This document shows, in pieces, positions 62,822 to 64,000 of a DNA stretch of 64,000 nucleotides. This DNA is from Chiloscyllium plagiosum (Eukaryota): the NCBI RefSeq assembly GCF_004010195.1, contig NC_057750.1:8399294-8463293 (forward strand), read 5' to 3'. The notes below the pieces were generated by a model. That model saw nothing but the letters and a program-made list of their open reading frames with translations, made no database searches and was not told the origin of the DNA. The position numbers and the translations under genes are program-made. Numbering within the stretch: the stretch's first letter is position 1; each line of letters begins with the position of its first letter.

Positions 62822-62987
62822 TAGTTTTTGGAGCGCTGCTCCTTCATCAGGTGGTTGAAGGAGCCACCTGATGAAGGAGCAGTGCTCCGAAAGCTAGTGC
62901 TTCCACTTAAACCTGTTAGACTATAACCTGGTGTTGTGTGATCTTTAACTTTGTACACCCCAGTCCAACACTGGCATCTCCAAATCA
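62822..62987. mobile_element. Fold-back PLE terminal-repeat insertion (family 2) with two divergent hammerheads
   Basis: Minus core 62822-62850 and plus core 62868-62896; flanks taaaataagtga (62810-62821) and taaaataaatga (62988-62999). Confidence 0.88.
62868..62896 (+). ncRNA. Intact minimal hammerhead ribozyme (family 2)
   Basis: cac-ctgatga a ggagc agt gctcc gaaa gcta-gtg: stem I CAC/GTG, 5-bp stem II, AGCT palindrome, CUA triplet. Confidence 0.85.
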
Positions 62988-63539
62988 TAAAATAAATGAG
63001 TCTGAGAATCCGAGACTACTTGTAGCAGCCTAACAGTTGAAGTTGGTCAGTTGAGCACAGGCGAAAGATCTCATGGAATTTCCAATCATTTACATCTACA
63101 TTTGGGCACCAACTAATTAATTGTAGAAATGATGTGCCTGGTTATGGTTTTGACCCACCCAAAGCCAAAAACTATCTTGACCAAGTAACTTGCTCACTGT
63201 AGTAGTCATTTCTATCAGGTAGCTAATTATAAAACATATATTCATGTGCAATAAGCAAGAGAAAACCATTGATTGTGTCAAATCCAACCTCATTTTCTTC
63301 TCTTGCCTATCTTTTTAGGAAGTCAAGGTCATCTCAAGAAGCCAGCCAATCAGAAACTGTGTAGGGATGCTGTAAAGCCAGGTGAATCTGGGAAGGTGGC
63401 TGAATGTTAAAGATGGCAACTCAATACAACAATGAACTGAAATGTGTTAGCGTAGAGTGGGACTTCCTTCAAGGACTGCTCGTAAAGAACCAACCAGTCC
63501 CTTGGTAAGACTCGCGTGGCTTCATGTTATCCATGGTGG

Positions 63540-63935
63540 GGTGACAGTGGTATAGTGGTAATGTCACTAGACTAGTAAACCAGAGGCCTGGACCAATGAT
63601 AGTGTTCAAATCTTGCTGGGTTACCTGGTAGAATCTCCATTTATTTAATTCAAGTAAAATTATCTGATTAATTAAATTAATTAAAAATCTAGAATTGGAA
63701 GTCCAATCTCAGTGATGACTGTGAAACTATCCCCCTTATTATTTACACTCATCTGGTTCACTAATGCCCCTTTAGGAAAGGAAATCTTCTTTTCTTACCC
63801 CAACTGGTCTATGTGAGCCTCCAGATACACAGCAAAATGGCTGATTCTTAACAGCTCTTGAGGGCAATTAGAGATTGTCAATAAAGGCTGGCTTTGCCAG
63901 TGATATCCACATCTCATGAAGACTTTTTTAAAAAG
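63540..63935 (+). mobile_element. tRNA-derived SINE (family B)
   Basis: gtggtatagtggtaatgtcactagactagtaaaccagagg head and gggcaattagagattgtcaataaa tail. Confidence 0.75.
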
Positions 63936-64000
63936 AAATGTCTCTTGCTGAGTTACATTTCTGGGATTGAGGGAGGGACATTTGTGGTGGACTTTCTTTT

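Overview
Eukaryotic, repeat-dense, apparently intronic or intergenic DNA with no recognisable host protein-coding exon. The repeat content (HE1/V-SINE-like SINEs with CR1 tails, DeuSINE-like relics, CR1 LINEs, 44-bp and 69-bp minisatellites) points to a cartilaginous fish, probably a shark; this is an inference from memory of these families. Nearly all six-frame ORFs are noise or retroelement debris. The real coding remnants are a CR1 reverse transcriptase (9915-11420, minus), Penelope-like element (PLE) RT and GIY-YIG pieces of Neptune type (1-300, 2429-4170, 40465-40830, 53540-53661) and Poseidon type (39289-40259), and a Tx1-like ORF2 tail. The most striking signal is a dozen or more hammerhead-ribozyme cores (CTGATGA-stem II-GAAA-palindromic stem III) from several PLE terminal-repeat families. 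These include ORF-less 150-190 bp fold-back insertions flanked by 10-14 bp target-site duplications (TSDs), one of which carries two divergently oriented ribozymes. PLE hammerheads are known in general, so any novelty would lie in these particular families and their arrangement. Also present: two local inverted (templated) duplications, nested insertions, CpG-retaining unique islands, CNE-like blocks and weak splice-site candidates. There is an assembly gap at 3043-3999. Repeat boundaries are by eye and approximate.
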